Assembly (NCBI GenBank): GCA_965231125.1
Contig: OZ246414.1
Location: 281,512 to 345,511 of the forward strand
Direction of reading: 5' to 3'
Origin: an uncultured Gammaproteobacteria bacterium
GTDB lineage: Bacteria; Patescibacteriota; Microgenomatia; Woykebacterales; RBG-16-39-9b
DNA length: 64,000 bases
Shown: in pieces, positions 1 to 10,212 of the stretch
Position numbering within the stretch: the first letter of the stretch is position 1
Layout of the letters: each line of letters opens with the position of its first letter
Made by a program: the position numbers and the translations under genes
Notes under the pieces: generated by a model
Told to the model about the DNA's origin: nothing
Databases searched by the model: none
Seen by the model: only the letters and a program-made list of their open reading frames with translations

Positions 1-1
1 A

Positions 2-319
2 ACTCTCGCCGGTATTGCTGGGTTTATTCTTTCAATCGGAATGGCGGTGGATGCTAATATCCTAATTTTTGAGAGAATGAAGGAAGAACTGCGATCCGGC
101 AGGGAACGGGCGCAAGCAGTGGAAATTGGTTTTTCCCGAGCCTGGAATTCCATTCGGGATTCTAATGCCTCTTCATTAATAACCAGCGGGATTCTTTATT
201 GGTTTGGGACTGGAAGTGTGCGCGGGTTTGCTTTGGCCTTGGCCCTGGGAATTTTAGTGTCGATGTTTACGGCGATAACTGTAACTAGAACCTTCTTACG
301 GTTTGTTTATCGGACTTAA
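2..319 (+). CDS. secD: Protein translocase subunit SecD, C-terminal part (runs off window start)
   Basis: [13 protein letters not shown] and [10 protein letters not shown] SecD motifs; secF nearby. Confidence 0.95.
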   Translation, partial: TLAGIAGFILSIGMAVDANILIFERMKEELRSGRERAQAVEIGFSRAWNSIRDSNASSLITSGILYWFGTGSVRGFALALALGILVSMFTAITVTRTFLRFVYRT

Positions 320-320
320 T

Positions 321-1226
321 ATGGATCTTTGGCCGTTTAAAAAAACTAAGCGCACTAAACATTTTGAGTCTCTCGCGGCTCGTTTAGATAAAAGAAGAGA
401 TGAACTTGCGGCCGAGTTTGAAGAAAAACACCAAGGGGTGACGAAGTGGGCAAAGGAAAGGGGAATCAAAACTGAGGATTTGGCGAGTAAAGGAGCAAGG
501 GGGCTCGCGGCTGCTGTTGCAGCGGGGGCTTTACTGCTAACACCAAGCCTGCCTAATACGACATCCTCAGCGAAAAAGGTGCCGCCGGCAACTAATATTG
601 AAGCTCTGGTAAAAACAAGGAAGGACCTTTCCGATAAAGTTAAGGCTTCATTGCTCGGCACTAATCTTTACGACGACAAGGTGATAACCAAAAGGTTGAG
701 CAAAGTGCTGAAAATTCCGGTTACAGGGGAACTTTCCGGGATTCGTCTCAACACTACTTACGGGATAATTGGATACGAGTCTCACCTTTCTCGTTATCCA
801 GAAGAGATTTTGGAAGATCATTTTGATTCTCGAGCAGATTTTGAACGTTACGCTCACGCATCTATGGCCGGCGGTCCTGGAGCGTGGGGTTATTTAGCAA
901 GCTCGCGGGAGACCCTTACTAAAAAAGATATTGAGAGGGAGAAGTATTATTTAGTTGCCCAGACTTTTTTGTCACCAAATTGGGGTTCGCCAGCCGTGAA
1001 GAGGTGGTTTCGGCACCGCAAGATGGTTGTGGTTAATCCCCAAAATGGGGCGGTTGTGGTCGGGGCTATTGAAGATTCCGGGCCTGATGAGGCAACCGGT
1101 AGGAGTTTCGGCGGTTCTCCCGAAGTTATGGCGGTTTTGGGATTTAGCGGTGGAGGAGATAGAGTTCTCGTTTATTTTGTTAATGATCCAAAGGATAAGA
1201 TACCTTTAGGAGCATATGGATTATGA
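321..1226 (+). CDS. Hypothetical membrane-anchored protein, C-terminus resembles a double-psi beta-barrel (RlpA/3D-like)
   Basis: ORF; hydrophobic stretch GLAAAVAAGALLL; VVVGAIEDSGP...GRSFGGSPEV pattern; ATG at 321 chosen. Confidence 0.55.
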   Translation: MDLWPFKKTKRTKHFESLAARLDKRRDELAAEFEEKHQGVTKWAKERGIKTEDLASKGARGLAAAVAAGALLLTPSLPNTTSSAKKVPPATNIEALVKTRKDLSDKVKASLLGTNLYDDKVITKRLSKVLKIPVTGELSGIRLNTTYGIIGYESHLSRYPEEILEDHFDSRADFERYAHASMAGGPGAWGYLASSRETLTKKDIEREKYYLVAQTFLSPNWGSPAVKRWFRHRKMVVVNPQNGAVVVGAIEDSGPDEATGRSFGGSPEVMAVLGFSGGGDRVLVYFVNDPKDKIPLGAYGL

Positions 1227-1549
1227 GTTTTCTAATTGAGACATTTTTTGACAAAAACAGAATTGCCTCGCACCTAGACACCTTGAAAGTTGAAAAGGGC
1301 GAGAAAGAGAAATTACTAGAAATGATAAATAACTTGATGGAACTTCGGTTCCTTCATACAATTTTAGAAAAATTGGAGGAAAAAGATAAAGAACTTTTTG
1401 TTATGGAGCTTCAATCCGGCAGCCAAGAGACGACAATTGAGTTTTTACGGCGAAAAATCGAGAATTTAGAAGATATTCTGCGTGAAGATGCGAAAGTTCT
1501 TGAGGAAGAAATCCTATCAGACGTCCGCGACCTTAAGGAGGAAAACTAA
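1223..1549 (+). CDS. Hypothetical acidic helical protein
   Basis: ORF overlapping both neighbours (translational coupling). Confidence 0.7.
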   Translation: MSFLIETFFDKNRIASHLDTLKVEKGEKEKLLEMINNLMELRFLHTILEKLEEKDKELFVMELQSGSQETTIEFLRRKIENLEDILREDAKVLEEEILSDVRDLKEEN

Positions 1550-2448
1550 TGGTAGACATCGTCGGTAAAAAATTCTGGTATTTTCTTTTCTCGGCCTTAG
1601 TGATAATTCCGGGAATAATTTCTTTGGCCGTCTGGCGGTTGGACGTGGGTATTGATTTTACCGGTGGTACACTTTTGGAATATCAATTCAATCAGCCACT
1701 GGCTAAGGATCAAATCACCAACACATTAAAAGATAAAGGAATCGAGGTTGCGACTGTCGCTGACACCTCGACGAACTCTTACCTTATTCGCACCAAACCA
1801 TTAAACGACTCCCAGATAAAAAATGCGCGGGTCTCCCTTGAAGCAAAGTTTGGTCAGCTAAAGCAGCTTCGCGAAGAGACAATCGGCCCGACGATTGGCG
1901 CTGAACTTCTAAGAAAATCTATAGTTGCTTTAATTTTGGCTAGTGTTGCAATTGTAGTCTACATTGCCTGGGCTTTCCGAAAAGTTCCCTCGCCAGCATC
2001 CTCATGGCGGTTTGGTGTTTGCGCTGTCGCGGCTCTTCTGCACGATGTTTTGGTGGTTATTGGCGCCTTTTCGATCCTTGGACATTTCTTTGCAGCCGAG
2101 GTGGATTCACTTTTTGTGACAGCCCTACTTACAGTTATTGGTTTTTCAGTTCACGACACTATTGTTGTCTTCGATAGAATTCGCGAGAATTTAAACAAAC
2201 ATATATCTTCTTCTTTTGCCGAAACTGTAAACCACTCGATCATTCAAACTTTGTCCCGCTCGCTTAACACTTCGCTTACAGTTGTATTTGTACTGCTCGC
2301 GGTTCTTCTTTTTGGTGGGAGTTCTATCCACTGGTTTACGGTTGCACTTTTAATTGGAATTGTCTCCGGGACTTACTCGTCAATATTCAACGCCTCGCCG
2401 CTTTTGGTACTTTGGCAGGAGTGGACAGATAAAAGAAAGAAATCGTAA
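1549..2448 (+). CDS. secF: Protein translocase subunit SecF
   Basis: GIDFTGG, GFSVHDTIVVFDRIRE, GTYSSIFNA motifs. Confidence 0.97.
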   Translation: MVDIVGKKFWYFLFSALVIIPGIISLAVWRLDVGIDFTGGTLLEYQFNQPLAKDQITNTLKDKGIEVATVADTSTNSYLIRTKPLNDSQIKNARVSLEAKFGQLKQLREETIGPTIGAELLRKSIVALILASVAIVVYIAWAFRKVPSPASSWRFGVCAVAALLHDVLVVIGAFSILGHFFAAEVDSLFVTALLTVIGFSVHDTIVVFDRIRENLNKHISSSFAETVNHSIIQTLSRSLNTSLTVVFVLLAVLLFGGSSIHWFTVALLIGIVSGTYSSIFNASPLLVLWQEWTDKRKKS

Positions 2449-2450
2449 GT

Positions 2451-3221
2451 ATGGAAAATTCCAAAACTGTCATTGAAGTTGGCCACCTAGTTAAAAAATA
2501 TGATAGCGATGTTGTGGCGGTCGACGATATTTCTTTTAACGTTGCCCAAGGAGAGATTTTTGGTCTTCTAGGGCCAAACGGCGCCGGTAAAACAACTACC
2601 TTAGAAATTATCGAAACCTTGCGCCGCCCTACATCGGGAAAAGTTACCGTGGACGGTATCGATGTTCTAGAACATCCTTGGGAAGTAAAAAACCGCATCG
2701 GTGTGCAACTTCAGGCAGCCGGTTTTTATCCAGAACTTTCTTTGGTAGATTTGCTAAAAATGTTTGCTAGTCTTTACCAGATTAATATCGGGGACCCGGT
2801 AGAAATTTTAAAAAAATTCTCGCTTGAGGATAAGAAAAAAGCTTTTTGGAATCAACTCTCGGGCGGGCAGAAACAACGTTTTTCTCTAGCGACTACTTTA
2901 ATTCACAATCCAAAAATTATTTTTCTGGATGAACCAACCACTGGTTTGGATCCGCAGGCGAGAGCCAACCTTTGGGATGAGATAAAAAAGATTCATAAGG
3001 AGGGCCGCACTATTGTCCTTACTACCCACTACATGGAAGAGGCGGAGCAGCTTTGCGACGAAGTAGCCATAATGGATCAAGGGAAAATAATTAAGATTGG
3101 GCCACCAAGTGAGTTGGTTGATGAACTTCTGGAAGCTGGGTTTAAAAAGGACCAAGAAGTTAAGAGGGCCGATCTTGAGGACGTCTTTTTGGATTTGACG
3201 GGGAGGCATTTACGTGACTAA
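2451..3221 (+). CDS. ABC-2 type transporter ATP-binding protein
   Basis: Walker A GPNGAGKTT, LSGGQ, Walker B LDEPT, H-loop. Confidence 0.95.
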   Translation: MENSKTVIEVGHLVKKYDSDVVAVDDISFNVAQGEIFGLLGPNGAGKTTTLEIIETLRRPTSGKVTVDGIDVLEHPWEVKNRIGVQLQAAGFYPELSLVDLLKMFASLYQINIGDPVEILKKFSLEDKKKAFWNQLSGGQKQRFSLATTLIHNPKIIFLDEPTTGLDPQARANLWDEIKKIHKEGRTIVLTTHYMEEAEQLCDEVAIMDQGKIIKIGPPSELVDELLEAGFKKDQEVKRADLEDVFLDLTGRHLRD

Positions 3222-4302
3222 TGGACAGTTGAGTAAAAAGGCACCTTCTCAAGTAAGGCCACTTTTGGCAATTGCCTTTTATTCTTTTAAAGCTCTTATC
3301 CGCAACCGAGCAACAGTCTTTTTTGGAATTGCCTTTCCCCTTTTTTTTATCACGGCCTTTGGTTTGATCGGAAATAACGCTTTAAGTATTTCTATCGGAG
3401 TGCCGACTTCTGATCAAAAAGGGGCAGTTTATCAAGCGCTTTCCAGCATCCAAGTTGTAAGTATTAAATCCGGAACCAGACAAGACCTTTTGGAAAAGTT
3501 GTCCCAAGGAGGCATATCCGCTGTTTTGACTGCAGATAAAGGGCAAACGGAACTTTTTGTGTCGCAATCTAACCCGCAAAACGCAGCTGCCGCCGAGGGT
3601 TTGGTGAACGGTGTTGTCGATAAACTTAATTTGCAACTATCCGGCGTAAAAAAACCGCGAGTTGTAGTTAATTTGCGGGAGGTTTCAGGAAGAAGCTATA
3701 AATACATCGACTTTTTCTTACCTGGAATGATTGGTTTTGCGCTTTTAACTACTTCAGTTACCAGTATTGCCTTTGGCTTAATTTTTCTTAAAAAGGCCTT
3801 GGTGCTAAAGAGACTTTTTGCCACACCAATTCGTTCCTACACAATCCTGTTTGGACAAGGCCTCGCGCGGCTATTGTTCGTTCTAATCCAGACTTTAGTG
3901 ATTGTCTTTGTTGGCGTTGTCGCTTTTAAATTCACATTAATCCATGGTGCCCTCACCCTTTTCTACATACTAATTCTTAGTGTAATTGGGCTTGTCTCTT
4001 TCTTAGGTTTTGGTATTTTTGTTGCCGGAGTGGCAAACGATGAAAATACAGTGGCGCCGGTTGCGAACCTTATCGTCTTGCCGCAGTTTCTTGTTGCCGG
4101 AACATTTTTTCCGGTGGACGCGTTGCCGGCATGGTTGCAACCAGAGGTCAAAGTGCTGCCGCTAGCCTTTTTTAACACGGCGATTAGAAAAGTGACGGTC
4201 GAGGGGCTTGGGTTTGGCCATCTTTTGCCTCAACTGGCTGGTCTTGCAGTTTGGGCAATCCTGGCCTACTTTCTTGCTTCTCGCACCTTCCGTTGGGAGT
4301 GA
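3214..4302 (+). CDS. ABC-2 type transporter permease
   Basis: Multi-TM; YIDFFLPG, GTFFP...LP.WLQ motifs; next to ATPase. Confidence 0.9.
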   Translation: MTNGQLSKKAPSQVRPLLAIAFYSFKALIRNRATVFFGIAFPLFFITAFGLIGNNALSISIGVPTSDQKGAVYQALSSIQVVSIKSGTRQDLLEKLSQGGISAVLTADKGQTELFVSQSNPQNAAAAEGLVNGVVDKLNLQLSGVKKPRVVVNLREVSGRSYKYIDFFLPGMIGFALLTTSVTSIAFGLIFLKKALVLKRLFATPIRSYTILFGQGLARLLFVLIQTLVIVFVGVVAFKFTLIHGALTLFYILILSVIGLVSFLGFGIFVAGVANDENTVAPVANLIVLPQFLVAGTFFPVDALPAWLQPEVKVLPLAFFNTAIRKVTVEGLGFGHLLPQLAGLAVWAILAYFLASRTFRWE

Positions 4303-4327
4303 TCAACATCTAGAAAGAGAGGGAGGA

Positions 4328-4891
4328 TTGGAACTTCTTTACCTGATCGACAGGACGATTACGCGTCTTATCCAGTGGGTATCAAAATTCCTGGAGAGGA
4401 GACTGCACCTTACAAAAACCGTCCAATATTTTATTATGCTTGGTCTAGTTTTGGTGGTTTATACTTTAACTGGACCAATCATAGACGAAAACAAAAAGTC
4501 TTTGGCCCTCTTACCAATTTATATGAGCCTTTGGTTTGGAATACACGTTCTAGCTGCGCTCTCCGAGAGGGTATTACGACGTTTGCATCTTTTCTTTGAT
4601 GAAGACGGTTGCGTCGGAGAAAAGGAATACGGTGATGGTTATCGGGCTTGGTCTTGGATAATCATTAGCGCAGGGTACTTGTTTCTGGCCTTCAGTCGAG
4701 TTCTTGTCGGGGGTTCCTATTCAGCGCTGGGAATCGGCTATTACGGCATATTAACTCAGGCAACTGCAGAATTTGCGAGCCGTAAGGGAAGTTCCCGTCC
4801 GAAGGACAAAAGTAGGGTCACGGAGGCTCTTCGCAAACTGCTCGAAAGGTGTCGCAGTTGGCTGCCCAAACCAGTGCCGGTACCAAGTTGA
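4328..4891 (+). CDS. Hypothetical membrane protein
   Basis: ORF with about 4 hydrophobic segments; TTG start after GGGAGG; followed by terminator. Confidence 0.6.
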   Translation: MELLYLIDRTITRLIQWVSKFLERRLHLTKTVQYFIMLGLVLVVYTLTGPIIDENKKSLALLPIYMSLWFGIHVLAALSERVLRRLHLFFDEDGCVGEKEYGDGYRAWSWIIISAGYLFLAFSRVLVGGSYSALGIGYYGILTQATAEFASRKGSSRPKDKSRVTEALRKLLERCRSWLPKPVPVPS

Positions 4892-4927
4892 AACCAGAGT
4901 GTCTTCTTGATGCTCTGGTTCTTTTTT
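4892..4927 (+). terminator. Intrinsic terminator
   Basis: AACCAGAG/CTCTGGTT stem followed by T-run. Confidence 0.7.
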
Positions 4928-4964
4928 GTTTGAAGCTTAAATCTTCAGGTGTTAATATAAATCT

Positions 4965-5246
4965 ATGAGTTATGAAGTTGGGAGTCGGTATCCAAAACCG
5001 GGCGATAAAGTAAAGGTTGCCCAGAAAAAGGACTATACTTCTGGGGAGTTGACAGAAGGAGTGGTTAAAGACGTTTTGACCAGTAAACGCTTTCACCCGC
5101 GCGGTCATAAAGTGCGCTTAACTAGCGGTATTATCGGCCGCGTCCAAGAATTTACAGACGGAGAGGTTGGCTCTGAACTCAACAATGCGACCGACCCTCC
5201 CGCAGTGCCAATTCCCTATAAACCAGATGAGGACGATCTAGCATAA
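4965..5246 (+). CDS. YwbE/DUF2196 family protein
   Basis: GELTEGVVKDVLT..FHPRGHKVRL.SG.IGRVQ. Confidence 0.85.
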   Translation: MSYEVGSRYPKPGDKVKVAQKKDYTSGELTEGVVKDVLTSKRFHPRGHKVRLTSGIIGRVQEFTDGEVGSELNNATDPPAVPIPYKPDEDDLA

Positions 5247-5247
5247 T

Positions 5248-5649
5248 ATGCAGCAAGAAATTGAAAAGATCCGCAAAAAATTTTCGGGGAAGCTGGCTGG
5301 TAGCAAAAAAATGCAAAATATAGTTTGCGAAACTTTGCTTTCTTTTCCAAAAGAAATTGTCGATTATGTAACCGAAAACGTTTGGTTTGTCAGTTCTTTT
5401 GACGATTCCTGGGGATTTGTTTTGAAGGGTTCGGAAATTGGAAATAAATTCATCGTGTTTTTTGGCGATGAGCTGTTTGCTCAAGATAAATACGAGCAAA
5501 AGTATACAGTTGCTCACGAGATTGGACACGTTGTTCTGAAACATCGCAATGCAATTTTAGAACCGCAGACAAAAGCGCAGACCAACGTCCAAGAAGCCCA
5601 AGCGCACAAGTTTGCTTTAAAATATGTTGGCGAAGAAAGGGGAAAATAG
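5248..5649 (+). CDS. Zincin metallopeptidase-like protein (ImmA/IrrE-like)
   Basis: AHEIGH motif and downstream E.QA..FA. Confidence 0.65.
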   Translation: MQQEIEKIRKKFSGKLAGSKKMQNIVCETLLSFPKEIVDYVTENVWFVSSFDDSWGFVLKGSEIGNKFIVFFGDELFAQDKYEQKYTVAHEIGHVVLKHRNAILEPQTKAQTNVQEAQAHKFALKYVGEERGK

Positions 5650-5655
5650 TAAAAT

Positions 5656-6291
5656 TTGGCTATGAAAATTTCAAAACACGCCCACTCCTGCCTACTAATT
5701 GAAGAGAGCGGTAAAAAAGTTCTTATTGACCCAGGAGTCTATTCTTACGAAGAAAAGGCTCTCAACCTCGGGTCCTTAGAAAGTCTTGACCTTCTTCTCA
5801 TCACTCACGAACACCCGGACCATTTTTATTTACCGGCGATTAAAGAAATTTTACAAAAATTTCCTGACATACGGATAGTTACAAACCCTTCGATTGTCGA
5901 GATTCTCAAAAAGGAAGGTATTGCTTCGACCAGCCAAGGGAACGATTTTGTACAAGTGGAAGAAGTTCCTCACGAGCATGTCTTTGGCATCCCCCAAATG
6001 CCGAAAAACGCGCTTTTCAAAGTTTTCGGTAAGCTTACCCATCCTGGCGATTCCCTTACTTTTAAACCTGAAACAGACGTTTTGGCGCTTCCAGTCCAAG
6101 CACCTTGGACAAGCCTCACTGAAGCAGCCGAGAAAGCGCTTTCTTGGAAACCCAAAGTAATAGTTCCAATTCACGATTGGCATTGGAGCGGCCCCGCCCG
6201 AGACTCATTCTACGAGCGGTTGGAAGGTTTCTTCAGTCAAAACGGAATTGAGTTTAAGGGCCTACAAACAGGCGAAGTAGTCGAAGTATAA
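5656..6291 (+). CDS. MBL-fold metallo-hydrolase
   Basis: THEHPDH, HPGD, PIHD motifs. Confidence 0.9.
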   Translation: MAMKISKHAHSCLLIEESGKKVLIDPGVYSYEEKALNLGSLESLDLLLITHEHPDHFYLPAIKEILQKFPDIRIVTNPSIVEILKKEGIASTSQGNDFVQVEEVPHEHVFGIPQMPKNALFKVFGKLTHPGDSLTFKPETDVLALPVQAPWTSLTEAAEKALSWKPKVIVPIHDWHWSGPARDSFYERLEGFFSQNGIEFKGLQTGEVVEV

Positions 6292-6356
6292 ATAGAGATT
6301 TTAAAATTGAAGGTTAGTTGTGCTGCCAGTTTACGGAAAAGCTTGTTCCAGTTGGG

Positions 6357-6539
6357 TCAAGATGGGAGGCCGGTGAGCCAGTTGAGGAAAGGTAAGCGGT
6401 GCTTTTCTATTGATAAATCTTCCAAGGCAATATTTTTCTTAGCCGTAAATTGAGAAATCATCTCAAAAGTGGCGGTTAGTTCCCTATTTAATACGTGGCC
6501 GTTATGAAAGTCAATAAAGTCAGCTACGTTTTCGATCAT
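6357..6539 (-). CDS. Hypothetical 60-aa protein, paralog of 8501-8692
   Basis: Shares KKNIALEDLSIEKHRLPF.NWLTGL with second copy; many differences are synonymous. Confidence 0.6.
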   Translation of the reverse strand: MIENVADFIDFHNGHVLNRELTATFEMISQFTAKKNIALEDLSIEKHRLPFLNWLTGLPS

Positions 6540-6706
6540 TACCTTAAGTTTACTCCCATAATTCAAATAAGCAAGAGGCAGGAAAAATCTCAAGCGATAT
6601 TTTGTAACTTGCCAAGTGGTGGATTGATTTTAGCCCTATAGTGTAGTATACTATCTAAGTAGACTGGGTGTTTATCTTCCTTTATTAAAAAGAATAGAAA
6701 TTTAAT

Positions 6707-8491
6707 ATGAATAATATCAGAAACGTTGCTATCATTGCTCACGTCGATCACGGTAAGACCACTCTTGTCGATGCCTTGCTGCGACAAAGTAATACCAAGC
6801 TCCACAAAGATTTGGAGGGCACGAACCTAATAATGGATTCCAACGATCTTGAAAAAGAGCGCGGCATTACTATCTTTTCCAAAAACGCTTCGGTTGTTTG
6901 GAAGGGTACAAAGATAAATATCATTGATACCCCTGGGCATGCCGATTTTGGAGGAGAGGTCGAACGGGTCTTGAAAATGGCTGATGGGTGTCTACTGCTG
7001 GTTGACGCCAAGGAAGGCCCCATGCCGCAAACTCGTTTTGTCCTCAAAAGGGCTCTCGAACTCGGTCACAAAGTTGTGGTCGTTATAAACAAAGTGGACA
7101 AACCCGATGCTAGAGTCGAGTGGGTGGTGAATAAAACTTTTGATCTTTTCGTTGAACTTGGGGCCAGCGATGAGGCAGCTTTTTTCCCAATTGTTTACAC
7201 TTCAGCCAAAAAGGGATTGGCGGGAGTTGGGCCGGATTTAAATCAGATGAAAGATATCGCCCCAGTTTTTGAGGCAATCATCGAACACATCCCCGCCCCG
7301 ACCGGAGAAGCAAGTAAACCGTTGCAAATGTTGGTCACTACAATTCTCGGGGACAATTTTAAAGGACGGATCGCGACTTGTCGAATTTACAACGGTTCGA
7401 TAAAGTCCGGGCAGGAGGTTACTCATATAAACCGCGTCGGCGAAATGAAAAAAGTAAAGCTAACTGCCCTCATTGGCTTTTCCGGGTTGGATAAAATTGA
7501 TATTCTCGAGGCGGAAGCTGGAGACATTGTGGCGGTTGCCGGAATCGAAAATGTGAATATTGGTGAGACCATTGCTGATCCTAACGAAGCTGTCGCCTTA
7601 CCTCTTTTGGACATTGAAGAACCGACGATCAACATGACTTTTTCGGTAAACAGCTCTCCTTTTGCCGGAAAAGAAGGGCAGTTCAAGACTTCTCGGCAAA
7701 TTCGAGAGCGACTTTTCAAAGAACTCGAAACCGATATGGCTTTGAAGGTGGCAGATGGTGCAGACGGAGATTGGATTGTTTCTGGTCGAGGAGAACTACA
7801 TCTGGCTATTTTGATCGAAAGAATGCGTCGCGAAGGTTACGAATTTCAAGTGGCCCGGCCGCAAGTAATCACGAAAAAGATTAACGGCAGGACACTAGAG
7901 CCTTACGAAAAGGTTTTCATTGAGGCTCCGGAAGGCTATTCCGGGGTGATAATGCAAAAAATGGGAGAGCGCGGGGCTTTGTTGCAAGATATGAATACCG
8001 AAAATGGTGTTGTACAAGTAGAATTTATCATCCCAACCCGAAAACTATTTGGCTACCGTAGCGGGTTTCTTACCGACACCAAAGGGGAAGGTATTATCAA
8101 CACAGTGTTCCATGAATTTAGAGAAGATGCCGGTGGAATTTTTGAGAGAGGTCCTGGATCACTAGTTGCTTTTGAAGATGGTCCGACAACTTTGTATGGG
8201 TTAACCAATGCTCAAGAGCGTGGAACGCTCTTCCTAGGACCCGCTACCCCCGTCTACAAAGGCCAAGTTGTGGGACAGAATTCCCGGGGCGGAAATATTA
8301 AAGTGAATGTTTGCAAAGAAAAGCAACAGACCAACATGCGTTCTAGAGGCGAGGGAGTTGCAGAGCATTTCAATGCTCCCCAACCGATGGGTTTAGAGGA
8401 CGCCCTTGAATATATTGATGGTAGCGAGTTAGTAGAAATAACCCCGGAGAATATCCGAATCCGCAAAATCGATCTAAATTCTAAATATTAA
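6707..8491 (+). CDS. typA: Translational GTPase TypA/BipA
   Basis: AHVDHGKTT, DTPGHADFGGEVER, NKVD, GRGELHL, ELVEITP. Confidence 0.97.
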   Translation: MNNIRNVAIIAHVDHGKTTLVDALLRQSNTKLHKDLEGTNLIMDSNDLEKERGITIFSKNASVVWKGTKINIIDTPGHADFGGEVERVLKMADGCLLLVDAKEGPMPQTRFVLKRALELGHKVVVVINKVDKPDARVEWVVNKTFDLFVELGASDEAAFFPIVYTSAKKGLAGVGPDLNQMKDIAPVFEAIIEHIPAPTGEASKPLQMLVTTILGDNFKGRIATCRIYNGSIKSGQEVTHINRVGEMKKVKLTALIGFSGLDKIDILEAEAGDIVAVAGIENVNIGETIADPNEAVALPLLDIEEPTINMTFSVNSSPFAGKEGQFKTSRQIRERLFKELETDMALKVADGADGDWIVSGRGELHLAILIERMRREGYEFQVARPQVITKKINGRTLEPYEKVFIEAPEGYSGVIMQKMGERGALLQDMNTENGVVQVEFIIPTRKLFGYRSGFLTDTKGEGIINTVFHEFREDAGGIFERGPGSLVAFEDGPTTLYGLTNAQERGTLFLGPATPVYKGQVVGQNSRGGNIKVNVCKEKQQTNMRSRGEGVAEHFNAPQPMGLEDALEYIDGSELVEITPENIRIRKIDLNSKY

Positions 8492-8500
8492 ACTAGCAGT

Positions 8501-8692
8501 TTAGATTTTTGAGCTGGAGAGTCCGGTGAGCCAGTTGATAAAAGGTAAGCGATGCTTCTCAATCGATAGATCTTCCAAAGCAATATTTTTCTTGGCTATA
8601 AAGCTAGAAATAGTTTCAAAACTTGCGTTTAATTCCGTATCTAATACGTGCTCGTTGTGGTAGGAGATAAATTCTTTTATATTTTGAGTCAC
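8501..8692 (-). CDS. Hypothetical 63-aa protein, paralog of 6357-6539
   Basis: Homologous to first copy including the upstream region. Confidence 0.6.
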   Translation of the reverse strand: MTQNIKEFISYHNEHVLDTELNASFETISSFIAKKNIALEDLSIEKHRLPFINWLTGLSSSKI

Positions 8693-8826
8693 GCCTTAAG
8701 TGTACTCCCCAAATCCAAATAAGCAATAGGCAGTTAAAACCCTCGCTTTTTGGATTCAAATCTGGTACAATCGTTTCCCTAAAATCTAAAGTCCTTGCTT
8801 GTTCGTCATTCCTAAAGGAGGCAGAT

Positions 8827-9357
8827 GTGAAGGTTACTTTCATTTCGAGGGAGCCTGGGGTAAGGGCAAAGCTTCTCTATGGTGTTCGCCAAAGCGCCAT
8901 TTACACGGGTGTCGCTAACTTAACTGCCGGTAGGACTGCAGCCATTGTAATCTACTATCCGGATTCGGTTCTTCCAAAGATAGAGCAAATTCTTGGTTAC
9001 ATGGATGGGCAGAATCGTAATCCTGAAGTTCACATCGAGAAAATCGGGGAGAAAGCAAACGTCTATGTTATCTTCCGGGTGAACGTGGACCCAAACTTCA
9101 TCTTTGATCTTCTCGTCGATGAAGAAGTGGAGGGTATAGATTTTAAACAGGTAGGAAGGGAGAGTGTAATAGAGCTGCTTATGGTGGCGCAGGCTTCTAT
9201 CTCGAAAGGTAGCCTGGCGAATTTCTCGCAAGTGTTCGATCGAGACCAAAAGTTTGACGTTATCGTCGGCAGACCGATGGGGTATAGAAACGCCGAGCCT
9301 CGTTGGCAAAAGACGCTGGCTGTTTACGAACAGAAGGCGCCGAAACTTCCGGTTTGA
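8827..9357 (+). CDS. Hypothetical protein
   Basis: AAGGAGG RBS, GTG start, followed by terminator. Confidence 0.75.
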   Translation: MKVTFISREPGVRAKLLYGVRQSAIYTGVANLTAGRTAAIVIYYPDSVLPKIEQILGYMDGQNRNPEVHIEKIGEKANVYVIFRVNVDPNFIFDLLVDEEVEGIDFKQVGRESVIELLMVAQASISKGSLANFSQVFDRDQKFDVIVGRPMGYRNAEPRWQKTLAVYEQKAPKLPV

Positions 9358-9363
9358 AGGATT

Positions 9364-9398
9364 GGAGAGGGCAAAAAACCAAACTTGCCCTCTCCTTT
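9364..9398 (+). terminator. Intrinsic terminator
   Basis: GGAGAGGGCAA/TTGCCCTCTCC 11-bp stem plus TTT. Confidence 0.7.
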
Positions 9399-9699
9399 GC
9401 ATAAGGTGTATAATTAACTAATGAAACCATTTTGGCCGCAAGAGGTAAGGAGAAACTCTAATGCATTTAACATCCGAAATGCAGGTAAGAAGTTTTTCCA
9501 AAAAGGCCACCGCAAAGCAAATAAGAAAAAGTGATTTCTTGCATTTCTTCCCCGAAACTTCAGAAAAGTAAGAAAAAATAAATAGGAAACGCCACACCCC
9601 TCGCTTTTTGTTTTCAAATCCCAAGACTTTTGCTGAGTTTATTTATAATGAGAGAAAAGGAAAAAAGCGGTGGGGGTGCTTGAAGAACAGGCACCCCCT

Positions 9700-10062
9700 T
9701 TAGACAGGTGTAGGTGGTGGATGAGGATCGTCCTTTGGGTCGGCCTGCCAGATTCTTGCTAGGATAAAAGGCAGACCGCTTTCATAGTCTGGAGGGATCT
9801 GGCCACTGGTACGAAGTAGCGCTTCCTCAGCTATCGATCTATCCCCACAGACAGCCTCCTTTGCTCTCTTCGCGTCAGAGTGTTCAGCACTTACGTTTAG
9901 AGTGTAGCCTTGGCTGCACGTACTACATAGTGCTTGAACAGACCAGACCTTCTCACTTATCTGTTTTAGATCTATCCGGTCGTATCGGAACAGCGTCTTA
10001 CATGCTGGGCAAGCGAGAGGGATACCGACACAGATTTGCCTGATTATATCCTGCTCGTCCAT
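9700..10062 (-). CDS. Hypothetical zinc-ribbon protein (CxxC...CxxC)
   Basis: CPAC and CSTC; AAGGAG RBS before ATG at 10062. Confidence 0.7.
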   Translation of the reverse strand: MDEQDIIRQICVGIPLACPACKTLFRYDRIDLKQISEKVWSVQALCSTCSQGYTLNVSAEHSDAKRAKEAVCGDRSIAEEALLRTSGQIPPDYESGLPFILARIWQADPKDDPHPPPTPV

Positions 10063-10113
10063 TTGTCTCCTTTCTCTCTGACGCGGACGGATTATTTCTA
10101 TTATAGTATAGTC

Positions 10114-10194
10114 AAGCAAGATAAACCCGCTTTTAGACTCAATTTGTATAGTCCACGACTGTGGTTGCAGCATTCGTGAGAATGCTCTAAAATC
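10114..10194 (+). repeat. Direct repeat copy A (promoter-like, internal palindrome)
   Basis: AAGCAAGATAAACC-CGCTTTT...GTGGTTGCAGCAT...ATGCT.TAAAATC shared with 10701-10783. Confidence 0.75.
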
Positions 10195-10212
10195 AGCTAG
10201 AAACAAACCTCA

